A DNA stretch of 64,000 nt from Octopus sinensis (lineage: Eukaryota). This document shows, piece after piece, positions 25,983 to 39,878 of this stretch. A model generated the notes under the pieces. The model worked only from the letters and a program-made list of their open reading frames with translations. It had not been told where the DNA came from and searched no databases. The stretch's first letter is position 1. Each line of letters starts with the position of its first letter. The DNA lies in NCBI RefSeq assembly GCF_006345805.1, contig NC_043015.1:52018001-52082000 (forward strand), given 5' to 3'. The translations under genes were made by a program, and so were the position numbers.

Positions 25983-26379
25983 GGAGTCCGCTAATACAGT
26001 ATACACACACTTCTAAGAGACGAAAATCATGTAGTAGTATGCCTATAATAAATTCATTCAGATATCACGAGGTTAATACAAGTTATCTTTATCCGTTATT
26101 TTTACTTTTGTGATGTGGGAGACGCTTTTTCAAAATGAATATTTTAATGCAAACTTTTCAAAAAAAACAAAAAAGGTTTTAATACCATAATTTTTAGTAT
26201 TGCTGAGGTTTTGAAGAGAAAAATGTTAGGTTGCACTCGATCAATTGTTGACGTAGTCATTGAGCAAAAATATTTTCAAATATTTTCAAAAATATAAATA
26301 TGAAAAACTGGACATTTCCATATGACGTTTTGATACCATTGTGTGCTACAGTAACAAAATGGCAGAGATACGGTTGGAT

Positions 26380-27440
26380 TGCGTTGCAATTATGTTACTT
26401 AATAGTAATGTAAGGCTATTTCAAAGTGGTATTTTAAATGTGCGAATGTTGTTGATGTTTAACAACAATGGAATTGTGAGTTCAGAAGAGAACCACCAAC
26501 ACTTTTGACAATTTCACGGATTCGCAATAAGCTCGAAATATAGTATAATGGTTTTTGTTTTGTTTTTGTTTTTGAAAGGAAAATCTGGCAGAAAATGCTG
26601 CTTCTTTAGCTCTGATGTTGAGATATTTTACTTACGCCCCACAAAATTTTATTGCACCGTGTTCCACAATGTTCACATGATACAGAAATTGCATTACAAG
26701 CAAACGGTGCATTCTTAAAAGACCTAAGAGCAAATTCAACAGCCCACATTTACTACACACAATTCACAAATGACGGTCCTGATCGACGAATAGATTTTTG
26801 TAAGTGGTTTCAACACATGGTGGGCTAAGATGTAGGACGAATGTGTGATCAAAAACAAGGACAATCGAATCTAAATCGAACAGTAAAGCGGCTTAATTTT
26901 AATTACTGGACACTAGCAAACCCTTGCTTGCATGTTTGAGGAAGCAGTCAAATTACCGGGGGTTCAATGTCTCGTATGGAGTGTCATCAAGAGTTTAAAT
27001 GGGACAATTTTCCTTCGAAGGTACAGTTAGTAATGAAACGTACCTAGACAATGCTAAGTACATACATTTTATCTCACATCCAAGAATTTTGTGAAAATGA
27101 TGTAATCTTCCTTTCAACAACATGACGCATCGCTACGACACTACTACCGAGACATGTAGGCTTACTAGGATGTGAATCTACAAGGCGATTGGATAGAACA
27201 AAGAGGTGCTGTTTGGTTCCCTGCAAGTCCTCCGGATTTATCACCTGCAGACATATTTGTGGGACACTCCCTCCCAAGGAAGCCATGTATCGCAGAAACC
27301 GACTACACTGACGCATCTTCAGGAAGAAGTAAGGGCATCATTTACAATCCCGCAGGCAAATAAGACAAAAGCAGCAATTCGCCATAAGCGACTCTAAGCT
27401 AATGACCACCACTCTCAACGCTTTTCATAATTGCAGAGGA
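26380..27440 (+). mobile_element. Heavily decayed Tc1/mariner-superfamily transposase (DDD-type, DUF4817-like N-terminus)
   Basis: Fragments FRREPPTLLTISRIRNKLE and QGDWIEQRGAVWFPASPPDLSPADIF resemble the WIGRxGxxxWPPRSPDLTPLDFF motif; many stops and frameshifts. Confidence 0.7.
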
Positions 27441-27561
27441 TAAAGGTAACTTCTGCTAATCCTGTAAAGTCTCAATAAATTAAGTATTGACATATTTCTA
27501 CTCTTTTTTTCTCTTCATAAAGTGTGCGTGCATACATTCGTTTTCATTGACTCGGTAAGTG

Positions 27562-27598
<37 letters not shown>

Positions 27599-27618
27599 TG
27601 TGTGTCTATATTAATATG

Positions 27619-27702
<84 letters not shown>

Positions 27703-28154
27703 TATATATATTATTAATTAATATTATATATATATATTATATATATATATAATATATATATTATTATAAGAGCTCACATGCACAGGGGCAAGAAAGAGAG
27801 TGAAAGAGAGAAGAAAACTGATTTAATCAGATCTCTTTCTACCTATTTCTTATTTCATTGCTTCAGCCGTGGCCATATTAATTATAGTGTTTACAAATAG
27901 AAAAGCTTCTGGGCGACTTAATTATACGCTGAGGCTTTTAATAAATATTAATATATCACATGTGGAGATGTTGCTAATCAGAAAAGAAGACAAGGAAAAA
28001 GTGAAAATTTAAAAACTGTAACAAATATTCGAATAAAATAAATAAAAAAAACAATGTTCCCTTCTGGAAACTCGAGCAAGCTTAATCAAATGCATTTCGT
28101 TTGGCATTTTGTAACATTTTTCATAATCGAAATCATGCACTGATTTCACGTATT

Positions 28155-28582
28155 GTTCAGAAAAGATTATTTCTGAGTTCAAATGATGCCGCTGTCTACT
28201 TGCCTGTCATCTTTTCGAGGTCGATAAAATAGTACCAATTGAACACTGGAAACGCTTTAATCGACATAACATCTCCTCCGAAGATTCCTGGCCTTGTTCC
28301 AAAATTTGCTATTATGATTTTATAGTTGACTGTATATATATATTTATTTATTTATTCTTTATTGCCCCCAAGGGGCTAAACATAGAGGGGACGAACAATG
28401 ACAGACAAAGGGACTAAATCGATTACATCGACCCCAGTGCGTAACTGTTATTTGATTAATCGACCCCGAATGGATGAAAGGCAAAGTCGACCTCGGAGGA
28501 ATTTGAACTGAGAACGTAGCGCAGATGAAATACTGCTAAGCATTTCGCCGGGCGTGCTAACGTTTCTGCCAGTTCACGTCTT
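28155..28582. mobile_element. Two SINE family A copies in opposite orientation (28155-28320 +, 28352-28582 -)
   Basis: Similarity to family A. Confidence 0.7.
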
Positions 28583-28652
28583 ATATATATATTGTGTGTT
28601 ATTTTCTGTTATTGGGGTTATATATATATATATATAATATATATATATATAT

Positions 28653-28711
<59 letters not shown>

Positions 28712-28845
28712 CCTGAAATCAAGATAAACAGCACATGATCTTACAAGTGTGCCCTGGTAGAATTCTTGTGGTCGAGTATCCCCTCCGCTCAAAATGTCAT
28801 TAAATAAGGGTCGTTTAAGAATTATGAACGAAACACCTATATTTC

Positions 28846-29128
28846 TAGGCATGAATTATTCAAACCCCAAAGAATCCTTCTCAACACAAGGCTATGATGC
28901 TTCCCCACTACTTCTGCTCGTGATCAGAGGTGCACATATCGTCAGCCACTAAGGGACATGGTCAACTGGTTAAGGTCAAACAACTGACAAGCAAATCTGT
29001 GGTATTGAGCAGAATATTTGCTGTAGGTCATCTTTTATATCAAGACAAAACAATGTACATGATAACAGTTCCAATCAGTTAAGATCAGAAGCTATGAGAG
29101 CCGCTGCCTGTTACTGCATCAGAGCATT
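28846..29128 (-). mobile_element. Probable interspersed repeat (LINE 3' UTR-like)
   Basis: Recalled as a common octopus repeat; abuts an (ATT)n tract; no second copy in the window. Confidence 0.3.
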
Positions 29129-29175
29129 TATTCTCATTATTCTTATTGCTGTTGATGTTGTTGATGTTATTATTA

Positions 29176-29210
<35 letters not shown>

Positions 29211-29317
29211 TATTATTATCATTATTATTATTATTACTATTCTTCTTCTTCTTCTTATTATTATTATTATGATCATTATGATGATCATCATTATCTTCGT
29301 AATCATTATTTTTTAAA

Positions 29318-29528
29318 TACTGAGATGGCAGAATTGTTATTTTGGCGGTCAAAATGCTTAACGGCATTTCGTCCGCCGTTACGTTCAGAGTTCACATTAA
29401 CCGGGGTTGAATTTTCCTTTCATCCCATTCAGGATATAGGAAAAGGAGTACCACGTGAACACTAGTTTCTATGTGATCGACGTACTACCTCCATTGCAAT
29501 TGCTGGCCTTGTGCCAAAATTCGAAGCC
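29318..29528 (+). mobile_element. Degenerate SINE family A
   Basis: GATGGCAGAATTGTTA...GAGTTCACATT...TTTCATCCC...GGCCTTGTGCC. Confidence 0.65.
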
Positions 29529-29676
29529 ATTCTTCTTTTTCTTCGTCTTGTTGTTGTTGTTGTTCTTCTTCTTCTTCTTCTCCTTTTCCTTTTTCTTCTT
29601 TTTCTTCTTTTTCTTCTTTTTCTTCTTGTTTCTCTTCTTGTTTTTCTTCTTCTGCCTATCATTATTATCATTATTA

Positions 29677-29721
<45 letters not shown>

Positions 29722-29879
29722 GTAGTAGTAGTAGTAGTAGTAGTAGTACTAATTTTTTATCACTTTTATTCATGTGTAGGAATGGCGTCACCGCAGTTCA
29801 GACTCCATAATGGAAGTCTTTTTACACACATAGAAAAGAAAAGAATAAATACAACTAATATTACATGGAGAGAGACGAT

Positions 29880-29910
<31 letters not shown>

Positions 29911-30018
29911 ATACAGACATTTATATGTATATTAATATATATATATATATACGTGCATGTATATATATATATAATATATGTATGCCTATATAGATATTTA
30001 TATATGCATATATATGTA

Positions 30019-30052
<34 letters not shown>

Positions 30053-30404
30053 GGTGTGAAGCTGTTGTGCTGTCGTTTTTTTCTAAGGCTTTGTAATATT
30101 TTTTTCTTTTGGCGTATCTATTGTTGATATTTGTGTTGTTGTTGCTTTCGCTGATGTCATTATCATATCTGTTGTTACTGTTGTTAGGTTGATTATAATC
30201 TTAGACAGTTGTGCTTGACGCTTGTTGCCGCATGAAAAGCAACAACAACAGTAATAATAAAATAATGGTTAATAACAAAAAAAATAATAATAATAATTAT
30301 AATAATAATAATAATGACAAAGCAGTATTAATAATGAAGAGGAATCGGCAATGATGAAAAAAATTATATAAAATATGTTTATTCCCAAGAAAAAGCAAGT
30401 AGAC

Positions 30405-30463
<59 letters not shown>

Positions 30464-30471
30464 TAATAATA

Positions 30472-30509
<38 letters not shown>

Positions 30510-30517
30510 AATAATAA

Positions 30518-30574
<57 letters not shown>

Positions 30575-30959
30575 CAATAATAATAATAATAGAATATATA
30601 TCTTCATGTGAACTCACTTTGGCCTCAATTTCGGCAGAGAAACAGAAAGAGAAGCAGCAGCTGGAGGAGGAGGAGGAATGGTTGATAATATTGACTGATT
30701 AAACGCTATTGGACACGAGAGTTTTGTTTGAGTAATTGTATATGACCATCAGGCCAACACTTGTCAATCATATAGATTGGCACACAGCATGCTGCAGTTT
30801 GCTCATTGTCCAAACTCTCACGGAGGATGAACTGGATTATTGAAGCTACTTTCGCTTTCGTTTTTGTCCAGCCACCCTTATTCAGTTCATGCTTGCCTCT
30901 CTTCACCACCCTAATCACATCGAATGATAACACATTCTTTCGTTTAATACATATTCTCT

Positions 30960-31421
30960 CTTTTCTATTTTCCTAATTTTTCTTTCACTCATTTTCTTTC
31001 TCTCCCACTCTCACTCCCTCTCTCTTTTTCTCTCTTTCATACACAATTACTTTTATTTCATTTCTCTCTTCCATTCAACTCTCTTTCTTCTACTCTTTCC
31101 TGCATTTCACTCATTCTGTCTCCTTTTTCTTTCCACTCCTTCTCTCCCTCTTTCATTCCTTCCATTTTATCTTACCTTTTCTTCCAACTGTTCTAATTCT
31201 GTCCATATTTATCTCTCCTTTTCACCCTAATCACATCCCAATAACACCGAATTTCATATACACGTATACTTTTCCTTCAGTTTACCTAACTCTCTTCTCC
31301 CACCTTCTTCCCTCTCCCCCTCTCTCTCCGTCCTTCCATCATTCCTTTCAGATCCCAATACCCCTTAATCTTGCCATGAACACATGCACAATTTTAATTT
31401 TCTTTTCTCTGTTCTCTTTCA

Positions 31422-31492
<71 letters not shown>

Positions 31493-31667
31493 CTATAGTT
31501 TTCAATCGGTGCTGTCATATTTCTGTTCCATGTTCTGTTACTCTGCCTCTCTGTCTCTCTCACTCTCCTTTTTCACTCTCTCTCCTTTTTCACTCTCTCT
31601 CCTTTTTCACTCTCTCTCCTTTTTCACTCTCTCTCTCCTCTTTCTCTCTCCTCTTTCACTCTCTCTC

Positions 31668-31705
<38 letters not shown>
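30960..31705. repeat. About 750-bp polypyrimidine tract including (CT)n and a 17-bp minisatellite (CTCTCCTTTTTCACTCT, 31561-31635)
   Basis: Directly visible. Confidence 0.9.
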
Positions 31706-31706
<1 letters not shown>

Positions 31707-32599
31707 CGGGATTCTATAGTGAAATCAACGAGACAAGTAAGTACCTCTCTTATCTGTTAGCGCCAGTCTTCAAGAAATCTTAATTGAAGTCTTCCGAGAA
31801 AGAGAAGATGAACAGTAAAGAATTGAACCCTTACTGAATATGACAGCTCCCACATAAACATTCATCGTTTTTACTTTTTTTGCTAAACTCAGAAAAACTC
31901 AATATGTCTTCCATTTTCGTTTTTTTCTCGAAAAACATACGTTCACGCAAACAAGCAGGCAAGCGAAGAACTCACATATTGAAGTTGCCGAACATAACAA
32001 TAGAAATACGAAGACGTCCAGTGTCTGTAATAACCAGAGATGTACGCGTATACATATAATTACACAGTGACACACACATAGACACGTTTAAATACACGCA
32101 GACACACGGTCTTACGCATAAAATACACACAGACACAAATATATAAAGAGACATACCACAGGACGCTGCATAAATTCACACATTTAATATAGTCACTTTG
32201 TATTGTACCCACATATATATATATATATACGTGTGTGTGTGTCTGTGTGTGTGTGCGTGTATGTATTTATGCGTGTGTGTCTGTATATTAGTACGGAAAC
32301 ACAAAAACCATCTAGCTAGATTTTGAAATTGGTGAGCTCTCTCTCTCTCTCTCTCATTCTCTCTCTCTCGTTCTCTCTCTCCAAATACACACCCTCACTG
32401 GCTCTCTCTCTCTCACACACACACAAACACACACTCACACACACATGTATATGCTTGTGTGTATGTGTTCGAGTTTGTGCGCACATATTGGAATTCGTAA
32501 ATTATAATTCGAAAATTCTGCGTCGCACCGTTTTTCATAGCAAAGAATTATAGCGTGCCCCGTAAAGCAATGAATATATTTCTAAAGTCTGTAATATAT

Positions 32600-33780
32600 G
32601 TATCTGTTTCTATGACAGCAGCGATGGACTTTTCCGTCAACGATGCCATATGAGTGCTCAGCTCTTGCTGAACGACCTGCGCCAATGATTTGTTTATTAT
32701 GATCAAATGTTCGTGTCACACATTAGTTTATCTTCTCCATCAAATCGACGCTACATGAACATGTACACAATGTACCACGCGTACAGGATCGAAGTCATCG
32801 CAAAGCCGCGTGAGATGACGTATTTTGCTTAGGAGCCCAACGAACCATCCGGTCTAGAAACTGAAACCACGATCTCGCTATCAATAGGACGTGTGGTGTG
32901 GGATTTGGCACAATCAAATAATTGCATTACTTTATTTTGAGGGCTCTGTGACATATGGATGCGTGACCTGGACACTAAAGAAAGCTGACCAGAAGAGAAT
33001 TTAATGTATTCGAGATTTGGTGTTGGAGAAGACTTTTGCGGATTCCATGGACAGCGAGGCTCACCAATGGAGAAATTCTTAAGAAGATAGGGCCGAAAAA
33101 GGCGCTAGAACCTGGGATCACCAAGCGTAGATTGGCATATTTCGGACATATTATGCGGAGAAAATCCCTGGAGAAGGACATCATGTTCGGAATGGTCAGT
33201 GGCAAGAGAGGAAGAGGCCGACCAAGAACCCGCTGGCTTGACACCATCAGTAATGATACCGGAATGGACATGTCCAGTCTGAAGGAAGCTGTCCAGGATA
33301 GAACTGACTGGAAGACACTGATCCAACGAGTGATCGAGAGTCGACTTCGACTGAGCGGATAGAGAGAGAGAGTGACAGGTGATTCGTATCTGGACATGCT
33401 CGGCAACAAGATGATTCCTTACTTGAGCATTCACTTGTAAAGGGACGCCCTGTCTCGTTTCAGCGGACTGGGGCTCCGCCATATTATGCATTACGGGTTC
33501 ATGATTTTCTGAATGAACATTTTCCAGGCAGATAGCTCAGGCATGGCGGGCCAATCGAATGAGCACCACGTTCACCATATTTTACTCTCATTGACTTTTT
33601 CTTCTGGGGTTACATTATAATCCCTTGTGTATTCTGAAAGGATTCGTGACCAAGGACATCAGCTTCAAAGAAGTTTTGAAGCGTGTGAACAAATCAGCGG
33701 CAATGAAGAGCGATTTGAGAGGATTCATCACAATTTCAGATTCCCTGTGAACATTTGTTTAGAGCTACATGGCCAACACT
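32600..33780 (+). mobile_element. Decayed Tc1/mariner-superfamily transposase interrupted by an RTE LINE fragment
   Basis: VWCGIWHNQII...FEG before the insert and VTGDSYLDML...FLNEHFPGR...PRSPYFTLIDFFFWGYI...HGQHFEHL* after it. Confidence 0.8.
32954..33371 (+). mobile_element. 5'-truncated RTE-clade LINE (3' end of ORF2)
   Basis: YGCVTWTLKKADQKRI...FEIWCWRRLLRIPWTARLTN...LAYFGHIMRRKSLEKDIMFGMVSGKRGRGRPRTRWLD...W, the classical RTE C-terminus; (GA)n tail; GTGACA duplicated at 32948-32953 and 33372-33377. Confidence 0.92.
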
Positions 33781-33964
33781 TTGAACATTTGTAATGGATT
33801 ACCTAATTCATTGCTAATAAAGCATACGCGATATCTCCCTTGGTGCGTGGCTTTGTGGCCACCCTGTACGTGTACATATATATATTAATATATATATATA
33901 TAGATATATATATATTATATCTATATATATATATATATATAATATAATATATATATATATATAT

Positions 33965-34816
33965 ATATATAATATAATTTAATTGTTCCACCTTTTGCGT
34001 GTTGTCTTTTTTGTTTTTCTTGTTTGGATTAACTTTATATATAGATATATATACTTATATATATACATATATATACACATATATAATGCATATAAATATA
34101 TATATGCATATATATATACATATATATAATGCATACAAATATGTATATGCATATATACACACATACATATATATGTAAATATATTATACGTACATACATA
34201 CATATATATGTGTCTATATATATATACAAATATACATGCATGCAAACAGATATATATATGTATTATGTATGTATGTATGCATGCATGTATGATGTATATA
34301 TGTATGTAATGTGATATCGGGTTTAGTGACCGCAAATGTGGTTCCTTTGTTAGTTCAAGGTTACAACTGTTCAAAACATGGCTGCTTAACGAAACACTAA
34401 CATAAATATCAGTGCCCTTGCACAAGTCGTAATCGTTTTAATGGACCATTAACATAGTTTTGAAGTAAGTGAACAGATGATAAAATACAACAAAAGGCAG
34501 TAATCTAAGTGGCTTGCTTGGCTTAACATATTACCGACTTTGCCATCCACATAAAGTCAGCTTTTTTTGACTTCCTTTATTTTATATCTCTACCTCTAGA
34601 ATTTAGATTTGCGAGTAGCATTTGGTGACGTGTTTATGGATAGCATCTTGCGCATATTCAAGCGTTCATGATAAATACAGCCATAAAAAAAGGCAAAATC
34701 ACGTTTGGAACTCATATCTATGTATATGCATAAATGCATGAATGTAAGTGTGGATGTATGAATGCATGTATTTACGCATGCAAGTATATATACATCATAC
34801 TACATACATACATAAC

Positions 34817-34849
<33 letters not shown>

Positions 34850-34896
34850 TCCATATTTTGTTTCATACATATATATATATATATATAGATATATAT

Positions 34897-34947
<51 letters not shown>

Positions 34948-35779
34948 ATTTAATTGTTCCACCTTTTGCGTTGTGTCTTTTTTGTTTTTCTTGTTTGGAT
35001 TAACTTTATATATAGATATATACTTATATATATACATATAATACACATATATAATGCATATAAATATATATATGCATATATATATAATATAATATATATC
35101 ATATAAAATATGTATATGCATATATACACACATACATATATATGTAAATATATTATACGTACATACATAACATATATATGTGTCTATATATATATACAAA
35201 TATACATGCATGCAAACAGATATATATATGTATTATGTATGTATGTATGCATGCATGTATGTATGTATATATGTATGTATATGTGTATATCGGGTTTAGT
35301 GACCGCAAATGTGGTTCCTTTGTTAGTTCAAGGTTACAACTGTTCAAAACATGGCTGCTTAACGAAACACTAACATAAATATCAGTGCCCTTGCACAAGT
35401 CGTAATCGTTTTAATGGACCATTAACATAGTTTTGAAGTAAGTAACAGATGATAAAATACAACAAAAGGCAGTAATCTAAGTGGCTTTGGCTTAAACATA
35501 TTACCGACTTTGCCATCCACATAAAGTCAGCTTTCTTGACTTCCTTTATTTTATATCTCTACCTCTAGAATTTAGATTTGCGAGTTAGCATTTGGTGACG
35601 TGTTTATGGGATAGCTATCTTGCGCATATTTCAAGCGTTCATGATAAATACAGCCATAAAAAAAGGCAAAATCACGTTTTGGAAACTCATATCTATGTAT
35701 ATGCATAAATGCATGAATGTAAGTGTGGATGTATGAATGCATGTATTTACGCATGCAAGTATATATACATCATACATAC

Positions 35780-35812
<33 letters not shown>

Positions 35813-35843
35813 ATATATATATATTCCATATTTTGTTTCATAC

Positions 35844-35850
<7 letters not shown>
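33965..35850. repeat. Tandem duplication of an about 0.95-kb unit (33965-34870, 34945-35850)
   Basis: Near-identical unique sequence (GGGTTTAGTGACCGCAAATG...) differing mainly by 1-3 nt indels; junction lies in (TA)n. Confidence 0.9.
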
Positions 35851-35903
<53 letters not shown>

Positions 35904-36420
35904 GGAGACAGACAGACAGACGGACGGAGAGACAGACAGACAGACAGACAGAGAGGGCGAGGAGCATGGATAGGTATACGTATACATATAAGGTTGTCTG
36001 TGTATGCTTGTGCATGTGCGCTTGCTTCTAAATTAATGCGGTTAGGTGCATAAAAATCTATTTTTCGTTTAATCCCAGGTCAGTTGTAAACGAGCTTTCA
36101 TGTAAATTTAATATAATTAAACGTGTGACTGTGTATGTAGGTGTGTGTGTGTGTCTGTGGTGGGGGTAAGTATTTGAGGCGGTCTCTGTACCTGATAGTT
36201 TTTCTAAGTAACGTGCATCCCTTTGCCATACGACTACGCGGAGCCAATAATAAGGGGTTATGATACGATTCTTTGTTTATGAGTGTTTCTTCTGTCTACT
36301 TTATTGTCCATTGTCTACTTCCCAGTGTCTACTTTTTTCGTAGGATGAGTTGTCTGGCCTTAATATATATAAACAATATTAAATATTATAATTTTGTAAA
36401 GATAATTTTTGTTTTTTATA

Positions 36421-36624
36421 GTCTTTCACTCTTTCGCTTGTTTCTGTCATTGTTTCTGTCATGACTGCGGCCATGCTGGAGCACTGCCTTTAGGCGAGCA
36501 AATCAACCTCAGGGACTTATTCTTTGTAAGACTGGTACTTCTATCGGTCTCTTTTGCCGAAAAGCTAAGTTATGGGAACGTAAGCACACCGGCATCTGTT
36601 GTCAAGCGATGGTTGGTGCACAAA

Positions 36625-36683
<59 letters not shown>

Positions 36684-37245
36684 ACGGATATATATATATA
36701 TATATATATGACGTGTATCAAATCCATTCACACGGCTTTGGTCGGACCGAGGTGCCACGCAGTGCGACTGAACCCGGAACCATGTGATCGGTAAGCAAGT
36801 TACTTACCACACAGCCACTCCTGCGCATATATACTGGAAAGCATATCTTTTATGCTTTAATTGTTTCAGTGAGTGGACTGCGCCCATGCTGGGGCACCGA
36901 TTTAAAGAGTTTTAGTCGAACAAATTGACCCCAGTACTTGTTTTAAATTCTGGTAATTTTTCTATCGATTTCTTTACCGACAGCTAAGTTACAGGGTTGT
37001 AAACAATGAGACCAACACCCGTTGTCAAACAGAACTTACACACACACACACACACACAACACATTACACACGCACACACACACACAAACACTTATATAAA
37101 CGACGGGCTTCCAAATTCATTAACAAGTCATTGGCTGGCGAATAACGGTAGTAAACGACATTTGTCCAAGTTACCACGCAGTGGAACTGAACCGAGACCA
37201 GGTGGCTGCAAAGCGAACTTTTTAAACTAACACTAATATCTGCAG
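36421..37245 (-). mobile_element. Two tandem SINE family B copies (second one degenerate)
   Basis: Similarity to family B. Confidence 0.75.
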
Positions 37246-37544
37246 CTCCGTTTAATACCTTAATTCACTTCATGTACCTGTTAAGCATTCATCCCACACA
37301 GCGTCTGGGTTCATGTCCCTTTAATACGAAGTACCAAATCTTTATTTTCTTTTTGTGTCTCTTTGACCTGATCGCTTCCACAACCTTCTCTCAGAAACAC
37401 CTTTTTATCTGCTTGTTATCATCGTTCAGCACACTCGTGTATTTACAGCTAACAAATACCATTTAAATACACAAGTGAGCAAAATAAAAAGTAAAAAAGA
37501 GAAAAGTAAAATGTTCTCGTGTCATACCGACTAATAAGGGCCGG

Positions 37545-37756
37545 TTTCTCGGCCTACTTGGTGTATAGAACCTCCACCTGGACGGGACACCAGTTCATCG
37601 CTGGGCTGCTCATTCTCGCCTGCTGAGTGGACTGGAGCAACGTGAAATGAAGTGTCTTGCTCAAGAACACAACGCATTGCCCGGTCCAAGAAACGAAACC
37701 GCAATCTTATGATCATTAACCCAGCACCCAAACCACTAAGCCACACGCCTCTACAC
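37545..37756 (-). mobile_element. tRNA-head SINE with CORE-like and V-domain-like segments
   Basis: Head GAGGCGTGTGGCTTAGTGG...GGTTTCG, TGTGTTCTTGAGCAAGACACTTCA (CORE-like), CCCAGCGATGAACTGGTGTCCCGTCCAGG (V-like, from memory). Confidence 0.65.
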
Positions 37757-37822
37757 AAGAGTGACGGACGTAGATTAAATGCTGAGTAGGAATATATATA
37801 GATATCCTAATTTATCAGCGGA

Positions 37823-38629
37823 CTAGCAGCATAGCCCGGCGTTGACCGGGTATGTAAGAGCCCCTAGTAGGCAACGACTAATCCCAATCTAGTCCTTTCC
37901 CTCTAGGGAACGAAGGCGCATGTGTAGGTTGCAATGTCTTCTCTTCACTTCCAAATAACTATCAAACAGCTATCGATAATTCAACCCAACCAATTCCTAC
38001 CAGGAAGAAATTACATTCGAGACTTTACCCCCAACACCGCCACTTCTGCTAATAGCTGCTGCAGCCGCAAGTTATTCGAATACATTTTTTTGTTTACACT
38101 TTTTTTATAACTACCAACCCAAACGTTTTACCTTAAATTTTTGACGTACCCTAAGGGTCCTCGGACGCTACTTGCAAACTCTTGGTTTATTATAAACCGC
38201 TTTTGTCGTGTGCATCAAAAAACCTTTTCCATTCGTTTGTTCAGTTTGGTCACTTTTGACTTTTTCGTTGTTGTCACTCACATTGCTGCCCGCTTTTTTG
38301 CCGTTTTTGTACATTGTTATACATTTTGGGATACTACCCCACGTGTTCCGAGAGTTAAAAAGGTCGAGTTGTGTCCCCTGGACAGTCTGTAGAAAATGTG
38401 TTGCATATAAAAAGCTTAGATTCTCAACCCATGTCGAATATATAGATTTTTTTTCAGAACTGGGAGAACTTTTCAAAATTTTCGCTGCGCTAGTTTTGAA
38501 TTATGACATTGGGCTATGTGTGTGTCAAGTTTCATCAGAATCGGTTGAAAGCCGTGGTCAGGGTGAGGGTACAACCTGACAGACACACAGACACACAGAC
38601 AGACAAACTGCCGTTTATATATAGAGAGA
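37823..38629 (-). mobile_element. Non-autonomous Helitron-like element, long variant
   Basis: A|TC start (TCTCTCTATATATAAACGGCAG), subterminal hairpin CCCGG-TCAACG-CCGGG, CTAG|T end. Confidence 0.8.
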
Positions 38630-38794
38630 TAAAGCTCATTTCCAGAATAACTTAGCTGGACACAGTATCAAGCTTTGACTAAAATTTACTAACTCGTGGT
38701 GAAAAAAACAATGGGTAAAATTTTCATTAGGAACATATAGACGTTTGGTCATGCATTCAAAAACCACATACATACGTACATACATACAAAATCT

Positions 38795-39127
38795 AAGCAC
38801 CACAGTCCTGATACAATGATTTTGGATAAAGAAGAGAAACTGTGCGCAGTTCTGGAAATTAGCTGCCCAGCGGATGTTAACAAAAGCTGAAGATCAGTGA
38901 ATAAGAGAATACATACTCTGAACTGTTGAGAAATCTGCACATTAAAAATTCGGGTTTATACTGTAATATATGGGGTCTCTGGGCTACGTAACACACTGCC
39001 TAAATACCAATCTTGAGAAATTAGGCTTCTCAAAACAAGAAAGGAGAAAACTAATTCGAAGACAACAGGTCCAATCCATCACTGGAACTGTAAAAATCTG
39101 TAAAACTTTCCAAAGTTTATCATTTAA
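38795..39127 (+). mobile_element. 3' fragment of RLE-type non-LTR retrotransposon
   Basis: SPDTMILDKEEKLCAVLEISCPAD (PD..E endonuclease motif) ... GSLGYVTHCLNTNLEKLGFSKQERRKLIRR...SITGTVKICKTF. Confidence 0.75.
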
Positions 39128-39705
39128 ATATATATGAGAATGTCTAGATATGCAACTATATGCATGAGAATACATACATACATACATACATACATACATA
39201 CATACATACATACATACATACATACATACATGCATACATACATACAAACATACATACATACATACATACATACATACATACATACATACATAAATACATA
39301 CGAAAATACTCTGATTTTAATATTGTAATTCCAATGAAGGAAACTTGGGTCTAGTTTAGAAACCGGTTCTTTCTCTATTGGCAAGAAATCTTGAAATAAA
39401 CTGAATAATGACATACATAGTTTAGTCTGCCTGGAGCAAAGCATAGAACCTTGGGGAGGGAATGCAAATCCTTCATTCTTAAGCTACAAATAATCACGAT
39501 ATCAGGGACTATAAACATGTGCAACACCTTCTTAAGATTTAAAGGGTGATGTTTAAATCTAGGTACTTTCCCTCACAACATTGCTACCAAGTCAGTGAGC
39601 GGTCAAAATAGATTCTAAATTAGACAAACAGAAGACATGCATACATACACACATGCATACATGCATACATGCATACGTACATACATACATAGATACATAC
39701 AGTTA

Positions 39706-39878
39706 TTAACAAGGGGTTATCAATCCAAGCAAAATGCTTCTTAAGTACTCTGTTAATACAGATATACGAGACTGACAAAAAGTGTTGCGATTGATATAGA
39801 TCTCTAGATAATCCCAAGGCGAGAGTCGACTGGTGATTGTCTTCGACTTCGGATCTCGGCCTAGGATTATATACCAAT
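39706..39878 (-). CDS. Candidate exon (DWYIILGRDPKSKTITSRLSPWDYLEIYINRNTF...TPC*; a second frame LVYNPRPRSEVEDNHQ... is also open), unverified
   Basis: Strong acceptor TTTTTTTTATATTGTATAG| followed by about 57 codons of complex sequence; no recognised homology. Confidence 0.3.
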
